A stretch of 64,000 nt of DNA from the human T2T-CHM13v2.0 reference genome, Homo sapiens: NCBI RefSeq assembly GCF_009914755.1, contig NC_060927.1; one strand, given 5' to 3'. The number at the start of each line of letters is the position of its first letter. The first letter of the stretch is position 1. The notes beneath the pieces were generated by a model, which made no database searches, was not told the DNA's origin, and saw nothing but the letters and a program-made list of their open reading frames with translations. Below are positions 1 through 14,109 of the stretch, in pieces. The position numbers were made by a program, and so were the translations under genes.

Positions 1-914
1 TTTAGGAAAATGCTATATGTGCTGAGTGGAGCCAATTATTACAACTGTGATTTTGAGGCATACCTGATTTTGAGAAACTATCTTTAATGAGAGAGACAAC
101 TAATACACAGAGAAAACAGGAGCATCTAAGAAATAAAGACATAGTTATGGTGTAGACATTGGGTATGGTAAAAGTTAAATTGGGAAGAAGATATATATAT
201 AATCCATCAAATAGAAAACATCATTTCATGAGTTATCACAGGTTATTAAATTGCAGGAGGTGATTAGTTTATTTTGTTCCAAACCATGTCATGTAGAAAT
301 CTGAAATTCTTCTTTTAGTGTTGACAACTTGGTTGGAGAAATTTTATGCTCCAGATTAATGACTTATGTATTAAAAAATAAAGTGTTCGAGAAGGTGCTA
401 CTGCTGTTGATCCAAAGTAGTGAAATATATTTAACATGAGTTTAAATATACTTAACATAAGATTGTGAAATACATTATACATAGAAAGGAATACATATAA
501 TTATACTAAAATTTAAGAAAAATAACAATAAAATGCCTGAAAAGGAGTTACATTGTTTTAAAAAATTTCATTGAGGAATATTTGACAATTAAAAATTGTA
601 TATATTTAAATTATATAATTTGATGGTTTGCTACACATATATATTTTGAAACAATCACCACAATCAAACTAATTAACATATCCATCACTTCAGATTATTG
701 CTTTTTAAATTTTTTTGGTAAGGACACTAGATATTTACCGTCAAAGGAAATTTCAAGTATACAATAAAGTATTGTTAACTATCAATATATTATTTTACAT
801 TAGCTCTCCAGGACTCAATAATTTTGCATAACTGAAACTTTTTACTCTTTGACCAAGAACTCCATACTTCTTCCATGCCTACTTTCTGCTTTTTAAGGGT
901 TGAATAGCATTCCA

Positions 915-915
<1 letters not shown>

Positions 916-946
<31 letters not shown>
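916..946. repeat. (TG)n microsatellite
   Basis: tgtgtgtg... run inside the L1. Confidence 0.95.
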
Positions 947-947
<1 letters not shown>

Positions 948-1451
948 AAACTGTTTTTATCCACTTATCTGTTGAGAGACATTTATTGGCTGTTGTGAAT
1001 AATGCTGAAAGAAGGAGAGTGCAGACATCATTTTGGGATCCTTGTTTCATTTCCGTTGGACATATATCTAGAAGTGGAGTTGCAGAATCAAAAGACAGTT
1101 CTATTTTTAATTTTTTGAAGAAATGTTATACAAATGTTCTACTGGTTGTGCCAATTTACATTCCCACCAAAACTGGACAAGGGTTCCCTTTTGTCCACAC
1201 CCTTGCCAATACTTATTTTTCGTCTTTCTGATGAAATAAAATGCCTTGTAACAGATTTTAGAGGGAAAATTTTTATTTTTTCCCCATTAATTATGCTAGT
1301 TGTGGGCTTTTAATATACAACAATTATTGTGTTGAGGTAAGATCCTTCTATACCTATTTTATTGAGACTTTTAATTATGAATGGTGTTAAACTTTGGCTT
1401 TTTTTTTTTTCCTGTATCTATTGAGATAATCATGCATTTTTTCTTCTGTTA

Positions 1452-1771
<320 letters not shown>

Positions 1772-3027
1772 TAGACAACATATTGTATCCTATTGATTGA
1801 TTTGTGTAGGTTGAACCATCCTTGCAACCTTAGGATAAATCTTGGTTACTTGGTTATGGTATATGATCCTTTTAGTGTGCTGTTGAATTCTGTTTGTTAG
1901 TACTAAATTAAGAATTTTGCATCTATGCTCATCAGGGATAATGGCCTATGGTTTCCTTTTCTTTAATATCTTTCCCTGATTTAGTGTCAGAGTTACACTG
2001 ACCTCATAAAAAGAATTTGGAACTGTTTTCTCCTATTTTGGGGAAAAGTTTATTAACTCTTTTTGGATGTTTTGTAGAATTTACCCATGAAGCCGTAAAG
2101 TCCTAAGCTTTTCTTTGATGTGAAATTTTTGATTATTGATTCAATCTCCTTATTTATTATTGGTCCATTTAGATTTTCCATTTCTTTCTGATTTAACTTT
2201 GGTAGGTTGTATATTTCTAAAAATTTATCAATTTTTTAGGTTATTCAATATATTGACATATTATTTTTATAATAGTTCCTCATGATTCTTTTATTTCTGA
2301 GGCATCTGTTGCAATGTGTCCTCTTTCATTTCTGATTTTATTTATTTGAGTCTTCTCTCTTTCTTTAGCTAGAGGTTTGTCAATTTTGTTTTTCTTTCAA
2401 AAAAAAACTTTAGTTTTCTTATTTTTTTTACTTTTTGTTCTCCATTTTATTTACTTCTTCTCTAAGTCTTATTATTTCTTTTTCTTTGCTTATTTTGGGC
2501 TTAGTTTATTCTTATTTTTTAGTTCCCAGAGGTATAAAATTGGATTTTTATTTTAGGGTTTTTATTTTTAATGTAGGCATTTTGTATTATAAACTTTCCC
2601 CTTATTAACACTTTTGCTGTTTTGCATAGGATTTAGTATATTTTCTTTTCATTTTTATTTATTTTAAGGTACTTTTTAAATTCTCTTTTGATTTTCTATT
2701 TGAACCAATAGTTGTTCAAGAGTGTGTTGTTTAGTTTCCACATATTTGTGATTGTATTGTTTCGTTTTCTTGCCGTTGCAGAATTCTAGCTTCATTCTGT
2801 ATTGGTGGGAAAAGCTACTTGGAGAGGTATTTATTTTTTTCAATTTGTTAATATTTATTCTGAGACCTAACATGTGATCTACCCTGGAGAATGCTCAGTG
2901 AGTGCTTGAGAAAAAGGTGCATTCATTTGCTGTTGGGTGAAAAGCTCTGTATATATCAGTTAGATCCATTTAGTCTATAGCGTTGTTCAAGTAAGCTTCT
3001 TACTGATTTTCTGTCTGGATGTTCTAG

Positions 3028-3441
<414 letters not shown>

Positions 3442-3663
3442 TAAGCTTCATGAAAACTAAGATGGCCCAGTTTTTGAAGGTCAATTGAGGTTAATTTTAA
3501 GATTTGGATACCACCTACGTCTTTACCCACCCACTTGCAATATGATGACATGGGCTAAGTGTAGGATTGGTGTTCCCACAAACATAAATAATAATGTGGT
3601 AAATCCTATCAATTGCAGTGTATGGCATGTAGCTGCAAGTGCAAGGCCTGTATGCTAACTCTG

Positions 3664-4031
3664 TGATATGGTTTGGCTCTGTGTCCCCACTCAAATCTTA
3701 TCTAGTAGCTTCTGTAATTTCCATGTGTTGTGGCAGAGACTTGGTGGGAGATAATTGAATCACGAGGGTGAGTCTTTCTTGTGCTGTTCTTATGATAGTG
3801 AATATGTCTCACGAGATCTGATGGTTTTAAAAATAAGAGTTTCCCTGCACAAGCTCTCTCCTTTTGCCTGTTGCCATCCATGTAAGACATGACTTGCTCC
3901 TTCTTGCCTTCTGCCATGATCATGAGGCCTCCCCAGCTATGTGGAACTGTAAGTTCATTAAACCTCTTTCTTTTGTAAATGGCCCAGTCTGAAGTATGTC
4001 TTTATCAGCAGCATGAGAACACACTAATACA
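3664..4031 (+). mobile_element. THE1 (ERVL-MaLR) 5' LTR
   Basis: Starts tgatatggtttggctctgtgtcccc and ends gagaacacactaataca; attaaa polyA signal at ~3957. Confidence 0.93.
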
Positions 4032-4618
4032 GTAAATTGGTACCCGTAGAGTGGGGAGCTGCTGAAAAGATAACTGAAAATGTGGAAGTGACTTTGGAAC
4101 TGGGTAACAGGAAGAGGTTGGAAGAGTTTGGAGGCCTCAAAAGAAAACAAGAAAATTTGGGAAAGTTTGGAACTCCCTAGAGACTTGTTGAATGGCTTTG
4201 CCCAAAATGCTGATAGTGATATGTACAATAAAGTCCAGGCTGAGGTAGTCTCAGATGGAAATGAGGAACTTGTTGGGAACTGGAGCAAAGGTGATTCTTG
4301 TTATGTTTTGGCAAAGAGACTGTCAGCATTTTGCCTATACCCTAGAGATCTGTGGAATTTTGAACTTGAGAGAGATGATTTAGGGTATCTGGCAGAAGAA
4401 ATATCTAAGCAGCAAAACATTCAAGAGGTGACTTGGGTGCTGTTAAAGGCATTCAGTTTTATAAGGAAAGCAGTGCATAAAAGTTTGGAAAATTTGCAGC
4501 CTGACAATGCAATAGAATAGAAAATTCCATTTTCTGAAGAGAAATTCAAACCAGCTGTAGAAATTTGCATAAGCAATGAGGAGCCAAATGTTAATCCCCA
4601 AGATAGTGGGGAAAATGA
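4032..4618 (+). mobile_element. THE1-int, 3'-truncated (no second LTR)
   Basis: gtaaattggtacc... follows the LTR directly. ORF 4128-4520 (WESLELPRDLLNGFAQNADSDM...GNWSKGDSCYVLAKRL) is the MaLR internal ORF remnant. Confidence 0.9.
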
Positions 4619-5357
4619 GGTTTATTTCTCATTTGTACTTACACTGAGACTGTAACCCTTCAAGGTTCCAAATTTATGCAAGTTCTCAGCTTTATGTTGG
4701 TTTTTTTTATTAGATTTCTGATATCGAGAAGACTTAGGCTGTAGATCCTGTTCTCAATATCCTGTGCAGTCCTCAAATTAGATACTTAATTTTGACAGAA
4801 ACTTGGCTTTGATGCTGTAGATTTTGACAGAAACATGTCTTTGGCTCCTAAATGTCTTCTAAGATTCCTATAGTCACTGTGTTTCTGGGATCCATGGATT
4901 CATTATTATAAATGTTCAGCAATTAACTTAAAAATTAAACACACATGTATCTCTTTCTTTATGTATTTGTATATTCCAATTATTTCAGATATTTTGATAA
5001 GCTAAGTATAGTTGAGTAGACAATGCTAAATTTATCTAATGCTATATTCCATCCATTATATAAGTATCATATCTGAATTATTCAAGCATTCTCAAAATGA
5101 TTTCTATAGATCAATGTTTTCCTATTTTGTCAAGTAAGATGGTCTTCATCAGACTTTTCAAATACTAATTCCGATATCACCTATTATAATCCACTGACTT
5201 ATTGATTTGTTGACTACCTCTTTAAAAGTAATACTAGATTTTCAAAATACTATAAAATTGAAAGTATTGATTTTAATTCTGCCAATAGTCTAATAATAAA
5301 TATAAATTATTAACATACATGAAGTTCTTACATAATGCTATTAAAAAATAAAACATA

Positions 5358-5449
5358 GATCAGGCATGGTGATTCACAGCTGTAATCCCAGAACTTTGGG
5401 AGGCCGAGGGGGTGGATCATGAGGTCAGGAGTTTGAGACCACCCTGGAC
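5358..5449 (+). mobile_element. Alu left-arm 5' part (continues at 6317-6330 after the LTR insertion)
   Basis: gctgtaatcccagaactttgggaggccgagg...gagaccaccctggac, resuming as aatatggtgaaacc. Confidence 0.88.
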
Positions 5450-6310
5450 TATTGTGGGATCTGGCCAGCAGCCTGTAATGCAACGTGGCTCTCTCTTTGT
5501 TCCCAGGTGGATGGGCAGGTCGAGAAATAATAGACACACACAAGATAGTGAAAGCTGGGTCCAAAGGGGTAACTGCCTTCTGTTCTTGTGACGCTGCCAA
5601 TGCACTGGATATACCAACATTTATTATTAAGTTTAGTGACAGCGGGGGTAGGTTAGTGAGGGATTTAGGGTCATTTGATTATGAGGTGAGATGGTCACAT
5701 GGGGATGAAGTAATTCTTTAACATAACATCTCTATGCAGAAGTACAGTATACAGAGATAAGAATTTACAGTATAGTGTGTGCATCAGTAATTTCTAACAG
5801 AGCCTTAAAACAGAAACACAGTCTTTCCATAACCTATGGTTAGCAAGATATTAATCAGCAGTAACAGTTGCATCAAAAGTTGGTTACAAACAATCGATAG
5901 AAACAGGACGTGAAGCTAGACAACCAGTTAGACCAGAAATTCTCAGAAGGGAGTATGCCTTAACCCTAAAGAGGCCTAGAAGAGCCATGGCAAGATGAGG
6001 GCATTTATAGCCCTATCTTATCCATATGAACGGGTGACCCTCATGCATCTGTTTATAGGCTCTCCACAAGGGTTGCATTCCATTCCCAGAGCTATGAACA
6101 TCTGCTTTTCTGGGATAGGAATCTTGGTGATGTGAAACCTCCCTGACTGCACATCCATTCATAGGCTCTCTGGAGGGGGAAACACATCACATGCTGTTGG
6201 CTCATTCTGACATTGTCTTTACACAATCCTGCATGCAATTTTGTATTTACAATAATCAGGAGCATTTCATCTTTTATTCCATAGCAATAGTTTCAGGGGG
6301 TCTCCCTACA
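5450..6310 (-). mobile_element. MER11D-like (HERV-K HML-7) solo LTR
   Basis: Minus strand runs tgtagggagaccccctgaaactattgctatggaataaaagatgaaatgc...ccagatcccacaata. Degenerate 6-bp TSD ctggac (5444-5449) / ctagat (6311-6316), the betaretroviral TSD length. Confidence 0.8.
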
Positions 6311-6330
6311 CTAGATAATATGGTGAAACC

Positions 6331-6455
6331 TGCCACCATGCCCAGCTAATTTTTGTATTTTTAGAAGAGACAAGGTTTCACCATGTTGGCCAGGCAATCC
6401 ACCTGCCTTGGCCTCCTAAAGTGCTGTGAGGCATGACCCACCATGCCACCAGGCC
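6331..6455 (-). mobile_element. Alu left-arm fragment, inverted relative to the upstream Alu
   Basis: ccaccatgcccagctaatttttgtattttt...ggtttcaccatgttggccaggc...cctgccttggcctcctaaagtgctg. Confidence 0.88.
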
Positions 6456-6538
6456 CCTTCCCCTCCCTCCCTCCCTTCTTCCCTCCCTTCCTTCCTTCCT
6501 TTCTTCCTTCCTTTTCCATTCTTTCTTCTTTCTTTTCC
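6456..6538. repeat. (CCCT/CCTT)n pyrimidine tract
   Basis: ccctccctcccttcttccctcccttccttccttcc... Confidence 0.9.
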
Positions 6539-9489
6539 AAAGAAGACAAAAATATGTGGGTTTGCTTGGTTTTGTTTTGATAAATCTTACAACAATTTAA
6601 TTTGGAAAATTAATTTTTGTTTTGTTTTTCCAGACAAAATTTTCTTGTGCCCCATCTCTACTTTGTTTTCTGTAAACTAGAGATTTCTATATTGTTTCAA
6701 AAGAAGCAAGACTTTAAAAAGAAAGTCAGGAAAATTTCATTGATTGTAGAAATTGGAAAAGGGCTTATTCTACAGTTGGGAGATAAGTGTACTTAGATGT
6801 GGTAAAGCCAGCATTCACTGTGTGCTCCTACACAGTGGCCTCTCAGAGGCAGGCAGAAAGGAAAAGCATCCTGTATTGGGATGCTTTTCCCTGTGTATAG
6901 CAAGAACTCCATTCAAACCAGCCTGAAGAACAAGGAATCATATTGAGTCACATAATAGTAGCTCTGACTTTATTTCTCTGAGATTCTTTGTTTCACTTTC
7001 TTGCTTGTTTGGTTTTATTATACTTCCTGTATAGTTGCAGGATAGCTACTTGCAACAATACAGGCAGCATGCTCCCATGCTCCCATTCTAAGAGGAGAGA
7101 GAAACTGTGACTCTCACATGTTACCACAGCTCCACTGGCAAAAGTCTGTAAGCATTTATTGGCTTAATGTGGCTTAAATCTAAGCCAAGTGCAGGCAAGA
7201 GGAATTCATAGATGAATCAAGTCACACTATTGTGTTGTACAAGAGTCAATTCCCAAAATGTCATGGCGGCAATGTAGGATGTGTGAAATGGAGGTTGGAA
7301 TGTCTGTTTCAACAAGCACAATGGGTCCCTACAGTGTGAAGCAGGCATGCCTTGGCTGATGTGCATAGTCCCTGGTTCTGTTGTAAATATGGTGTTTTCT
7401 TCATAAAGGCAACATTTTAGCTATCTCAAAAGACTTTGAAGACTTGAAGCCATCTCAGAATTCAGAGAATACTGTCTTCTATAGGCTAATGTTATGTTTG
7501 ACCTAAAATTCTTTAAGTATATTTTAGTCAGACTCATTGAAAAACCATGAGCTATTCTACACCCATATTAATAATGCCAAAGTTTTGTTTCCCTCTCCTA
7601 TTTGTAGAAAAATAGATTGCACTTTCCAAATCAGGAACAAAGCAACCTAGGGAGGTACTTATGCAACTAAATTCTATATTTTCTGAGTAACTACCGAGTC
7701 AAAAGCATATTGTTTTGCAAATGACAATGACTCAAGTACTTCACCTGCACTCCATTAATGTATTTATCTGATACATTTGCTTATTGATTGCTCAATAAAT
7801 AGATTTGTTTTTGTTTTTGTTTTTACCTGTGTTTGTAGATTTTTATCTTTCAATCTAGATTTAAGCAAGCTTAGAAAACACGTTTTCTCCTCAACAATAT
7901 TCTTAACAGAGTACTTTTCCTTCGATAAAAATGCAAAAATCTTAGTGCATAAATATGCAGCATTAGTAATTGGCTCTATGTTCAAGAAATGGGTTGCAGG
8001 GTGAGAATCACCCACCAAACATCTTGTCTTACCCACCTCTTGTCAAAGCTTTAGTCTTCCTGCATATTCAACTCAGGATTGATCTAAGAGCATTTTATAT
8101 CCTTATGAATATTTTTTCTTTTGAAATATAACCTGGTCCTTTTCTTTATCCTTCGTGATGTGGATAAGATAGTGCATTTTTCTATGTTATTAATGCAAAC
8201 ATTTTTGCTGCCTTTTTTTCTGCTACTTAACCTAGGCCTGCATTCTTACTTTGGGAAGAGAAAGGGACTATAAGATTTTATTTAGGATTGTTCAGTTTTA
8301 GCATCACTAGCAGTAGAGATTTTAAACCTTCAGGAATAAAATCTAACATTGTTTTGTTTTGTTTGCTGTAAGAGGTTATATTTTTTAAATGTTCAAATAT
8401 TTCTGTACATTCTTCAGTTTATTTTAAAATAATAAATAAGTAAAGTAGCCCTCCAAGCATTTAAAGGCTAACAAGTTAAATATTTTGTTTTCAGTTTTGA
8501 CTTAGAGGTTTTGGAAAGCACAAAAACAGTGTATAGTCTAAAGAGGAAAAGTAAAGTTAAAAGATTAATGAAGATTTTAAAAGCCCAAAGTATATTTTGT
8601 CAGTCTATAGTTGGCTGCCATGATTTTAAATGAATTATTCTTTTGCTTTGCCTTGAACTGCATAAAATTTGAATTGGCATTTACAGTTTGGTAAGTAAAC
8701 TGGCATCATAAGTAAGATATTATTTTTAACAAATAGAATTTTAAAATGTCAGATCCATTATAAGATTAAATACCATCTTGAGAAAATATGAAATAGATCC
8801 TTACATACAGCACAAATGGGAGTAACTAATAACTAATATAAATTACTAATATGAATTTTCCAGCTCTCATGAGCAAGGTATTGAAGTAAATTCTTTACAG
8901 AAATTACCTACTTTAATCCTCTCTGCAAGCTCATGAGACAGGTATAATTCCTTTATAGCACTATTTAGACATATTCATTTTCTTAGGAGACATATCCTGT
9001 TTTATACAGAGACATACTTTGTTGAGTTAATAATATGGTAAGTCACTCACCGTGTTGTAGCAAATAAGACCCTCTTCCATAAACTTGTTAAAAGATAAGA
9101 CCTTTTTAATGCAATGGTGACCCCGGGATTGTATGTGGCTGATTAGGGTATTGAAATAAAGGGTAAGAACTAATTACAATAATCAATTCATGGGATGATT
9201 TTGGGGTCTGTGGAGGGATAGAGAGGAAACAAGTAGCTTGTAGAGAAAAGACCTTAATGGAGAAGAAGGAAGCCCCAAAATACGCAATCTGACAAAGCTT
9301 TTGCTGTGCGGTATGTAACATGAAACATCAACCTACATTCTCAGAGTATCTTCAGTAAGTAATGCAATTTTTGTTAGTACATGGTAGAGTTGGATCCACT
9401 TGGTGAATAGAATATTAACACCTGAGGTTTAGTGAATTCTTATTCTGAGCCAAATCTGTGATTACATTTATTTCCCAATGTTTCTATCG

Positions 9490-9790
9490 GTACTGTTGTT
9501 CTCTCCATTTTAGATGAGGAAACTGATTCTTTGAGAGGTTTCATTATTTGCTCAGCTATTGAATTGGTGAATGGTAGAGAGGAGATTTTAACAAAGGCCC
9601 TGTGACTCCTGAGATGACATTCTTAATTATTGTGTGATGCTGCTATTATGAGTACCATTCTTACAGATGATAGAAATGAATCTTGAGATAAGATAACTTG
9701 TACCAGGTGATAGTTAATGTAGGTATGAGCCAGAATTTAAGTTATATTTATCTAATTCCAAAGCCACTAAACTTGCCATTTACCACATTT
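9490..9790. mobile_element. Two adjacent MIR SINE core fragments
   Basis: ccattttagatgaggaaactga at ~9505 and ccattcttacagatgatagaaatgaatc at ~9655. Confidence 0.7.
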
Positions 9791-9899
9791 TAGAAAAATG
9801 TGCTCAGTACTTATTAATGAGGCAACAATTTTACTCCTTTTGAAGGTGTTCATTATAATTTTGGTCTCCATGATTTGGTCTTGGTCAACTAATATTTTT

Positions 9900-10313
9900 A
9901 GTAACTCCTCTAATAAAGAATCTAACTTCATTTTTTAATGTTTGACTACTAACCATTTTTCAGCCTTCCCACTCCTGTTCCCCTTTTGCCCCACATCGGG
10001 GCAAACTGATAAAAAGGTCAGATGCTTCCGGTTCCTGTGACAATGTCAAACCATGCAACCTAGGTCACCACACCTGGGAACCTTCACTCAGTTATACTTG
10101 TAATCACCATGAAAGTCAAGCCAGTGTCCTTATGCAACTCTCTAAAATGATTTTCTGACCAGCTTGGAAGCCTGTACTGCTTCCTCCAGAATGTCTCCTA
10201 ATGTGAGAAATAAACAATTTTATATATTTTCTTATTTTTGTGTGTATCATCAGTCTTGGCAGAGAACCAGACTTTAGGTGGGTGTCCATCTTGTTTCAAC
10301 AGAATACTACAAC
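9900..10313 (+). mobile_element. Old ERV solo LTR (ERVL-class, subfamily uncertain)
   Basis: LTR-like composition, aataaa at ~10209, ends ...ctacaaca. Confidence 0.5.
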
Positions 10314-10879
10314 AGTTCCATGAATATATTTTAGAACTCAAGTAGAAAAGAAATTCACTGGGAGAATGTGTGGTAGTTCATAATATTAACAGAAGGCTGG
10401 AAAAATAGACTCAGAATGTTCATATATCAGGAATATCCAGGTAGCAGGAAAGAAAGGCAACATTATGCCTCAGTGATGGTCTGATTAGGATATTACTGCT
10501 GGCACTAATACCACTGAGTACTTATCACTGTTTCCATTGCTGAACTGTCACAGTGATGACTGTCAATACTGAAATGAAAACTGTCTGCATATCCTCACAT
10601 CATTTGATCACTTTCTCAAGATTCAAAGCTGAAGGTACGAGCATTTAATTCTAAGAGTCTGAGTATCCACCCCCTAGCCAGCCACAGGAACCAAAACAGG
10701 GAGAAGCTTTCATTGGCTTCTGATTTAATAGTTTTTCCCCCTAAGACATGCAGATTTGAGAATAAACTTGAAGTGGAAAGGTTGTTCTGATTCCAGTTAA
10801 CATATACATATCACCAAAAGTAGCTGTTCTACAGTATGAATTTCACAATTAGATACTTACTCAACTTATGTGAAATCAT

Positions 10880-11400
10880 ATTTTGCCAAAAGGACATGCA
10901 CAAAAATGTTCAGAGCAGCCTATTCATAGCAGGCAAAAACTGGAAATAATCCCAAATATCCATCAGCTGGAAAAAGGCTACACCAACTATAGTGTATTCA
11001 TACAACGGAATGTTATTCATCAAGTAAAATAAATGAACTGAATGAAATAATGTGAATTTTTGCAAAAATATTTTGTTAAACAAAAGAAACCTGGAACAAA
11101 AAAGTGTTCCATTCTCTGCTTCCATATATTAAAAAAAGCAAGAACAGAAAAAAATTAATCTGTCAGAAATTAGAAATTAGTTTCCTGGAGAGTGAGGGAG
11201 GGAGATTCACCAGAAAGGAGAAAAATAACATTCCTGGGTAATGAAAATGTTTTTTACCTTGTTTTGGATGATGGTCACACAGTTATACAATTGCCAGAAC
11301 TCAATAAACCAAATACCTAAAAGAAATGTATTTTTATAGAACTCAATAAACCAAATACCTTAAACAAGTGTATTTTTACAATGTTAATTAAACACAAATT
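10880..11400 (+). mobile_element. Old L1M (L1MD/ME-type) 3' end
   Basis: aaggacatgcacaaaaatgttcagagcagcc...aactggaaataatcccaaatatccatca...ttcctgggtaatgaaaatgttttttacc. Confidence 0.75.
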
Positions 11401-11774
11401 ATATACAAATGAATATACATATACACACTTCTTATACATATACATATATAGTCGTTTAATATATAGTTGATTCTCTAACTCCATGTTGATAAGATTCAAA
11501 CATGTAAGAAAAATATTAAGATCAGAATTGCAACTGATGGTTGATATTTTCAGTTTTAAGCTTGTTTTGTAATAATATTTTGTATGACAGAAAATAATTT
11601 GTGAATTTAAATGAAAGTGGACTTCAAAATTGTGTAAGAGGGGGAATATATAAATACGCTTAAAATTCTAGCATTCATGATTCCTCCTATGAGAAAACAG
11701 TAAAGCACAATTCTGATTTTATGGCTGCTTATAGAAAATTTGAAATTTAACATTCAGAAAAGCAAATATAGTCC

Positions 11775-12100
11775 CCTCAGATTATTCTTTCTGGTTAAAC
11801 ACAACAAATGTTTATTTCTTACTATTTCTTACTGGGAACGCATGCCCAAAATGGCTGATAGGGGCTTTGCTCATCAGAGTTACGTAGTAATGAGTATTTC
11901 ACAATCACCAAAATAGGGACAGTGAACATACAGGGTCTCTGCCAATTAAGTTCTCCAATCAGAAAGTGAGGTACATGGGTTCTACTGACAAATCATTTAT
12001 CCAAACTATTTATATGTCCTTGTCTCATGTCAAGAGGGGCAGTGATATCATCACACGGTGTGGAAAGTGGGATGGGGATTCAGGTATTGATGAACAATGG
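11775..12100. mobile_element. MLT1-type MaLR LTR fragment
   Basis: aaacacaacaaatgtttatttctt...cagaaagtgaggtacatggg resembles MLT1J/K motifs. Confidence 0.45.
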
Positions 12101-12862
12101 TAAATTCTTTCATAGTTATATGGTAGGAAAGGCAGATTCTGGGGGCATTGAAATCATAAAAGTTTCTTTCTATGACAGTAAAAAAGAAGAAATATATTTG
12201 GTGCATATAGCTTAAAAAGCTTCAATTTACTGATTTTAGTAAATAAATAATTTATCAACAATAATTTAATAGTTAAAATGATTTAAATAATGTCATTCAA
12301 GCTCCTATTAAAATATCAGCTGCTCACAGCTACAAGACAACACTTTAAAAAAAGTAAAGAAGAGTGTTCATTGTGTAATATTCTTTGTTTCACTTGAAGA
12401 TCCTGAATGGTCCAAGTGCTCCAATGATCACTGCCCCCAAAGACCTATTTAATAACCTACAAAAGTCAAAATATAAAATTTCCAGGTCCATTCTTTGTCT
12501 CTCCAACTACTCTTGAAGCAATATTTTAAAAAGTTTACTGAAGAGCACTAACTTTAATTGACAAAAAGGAAAAATAAATTTACAATGTTATGATCCCGAA
12601 CAACTGTAGCAGTTTTACTTTTTCCATGTTTACATTTGAGTCATTTTCCAATTGCAGATGTGATTTTTACATATTATTAATCATAGCATAGACAAAGTTA
12701 ATACCCTTTCTTTTCCACTGAGAAATATAAACATTTTTCTATGTATTTTATTGTACTTAAATAGAATACTGTGACTCTATAATCCGTGAGAAAGTTATAA
12801 GGCCTCTCTTTCCCAGCCTCTCTAAAAATAAGGGTTACTAAGTTTTGAACAGTATGAGGTAA

Positions 12863-13169
<307 letters not shown>

Positions 13170-14109
13170 AGAAGATCTTTATTATGGTATTTCTGGTACG
13201 TGTCCTTAAAAATGAATCATTAGTTCTTTATTTCTTCCTTTTCTCATGTAGAATTTAGACATGATGGCCTAGTTTGAGAAAATCAGCTTGGAATAGCAAG
13301 CTAGTATAAGCCTGGTTTCTGGAAGAGAAGGCCCAGATTGAAGTATCTCAAGAGATAAACAGACAACGAACTTGCCTATCCAGTATTCATTTTATTTAAT
13401 TGATAGATTTCATTTTAGTTTCACTTTGTTACATGTAGCTGAACCTAATACTAACAAATACAGGTCCAGAATTCTGTGCCAATAAACATATATCAATACT
13501 TGTTAATCTTCTAGAAATGTATATGTTTCAAAAATTCCAGTAGTGCAAAAAGCATAGACTAAAAATTAAAAGCTATTCACACCTTTGTTGGGCTTTTAAA
13601 ATTTTACAATTATTGCTCCATTGTCTTCCAAGATTCACTATAGATCATCTCTAGAGAATACAGAGGTATAAATTCCCTTATTTCTCCTACTAAATGTTTT
13701 AAAATTTCTTCATCCTTGAAATTCAATTATTTATCTCAGCATAGAAGATTTTGAAACTACTTTTTTCCTAAATTATGGTGAGCTCTTTAAATCTCATAAA
13801 ATTCAATTCTTCCTAACTTTAAGAAAAACTCTCACAACTTTGTTATCAATTGTCCACCCAGTGTTTTTATTTTCTCTACTTCTCTTTAACATGGATCAGC
13901 TCTTTCCATCATTTAATGGTAATTCTGAATTATATAATGATACTTGATCGTGTTGGTTTAAGCTTATGAATAAGGGAACAGTGTTTATATAAGCAAGCTG
14001 ACTTCATTTTCTCTGCAGTTAAAGAAGGTTTTTGGCTAGACAAAACTTAAGCCTAAACAACTTTCGCTTATGATATTTTCTCAGGGTCTTAGAAAAGTGA
14101 CATAGGTAA

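Noticed and set aside
6890-7333. Possible very old MLT1 LTR (also 10330-10800)
   Set aside because: Resemblance too weak to set a family or boundaries without an HMM search.
8595-8700. Possible exon (ttttgtcag … tg|gtaagt)
   Set aside because: Splice-like motifs alone are common; no coding signal or partner exons are identifiable.
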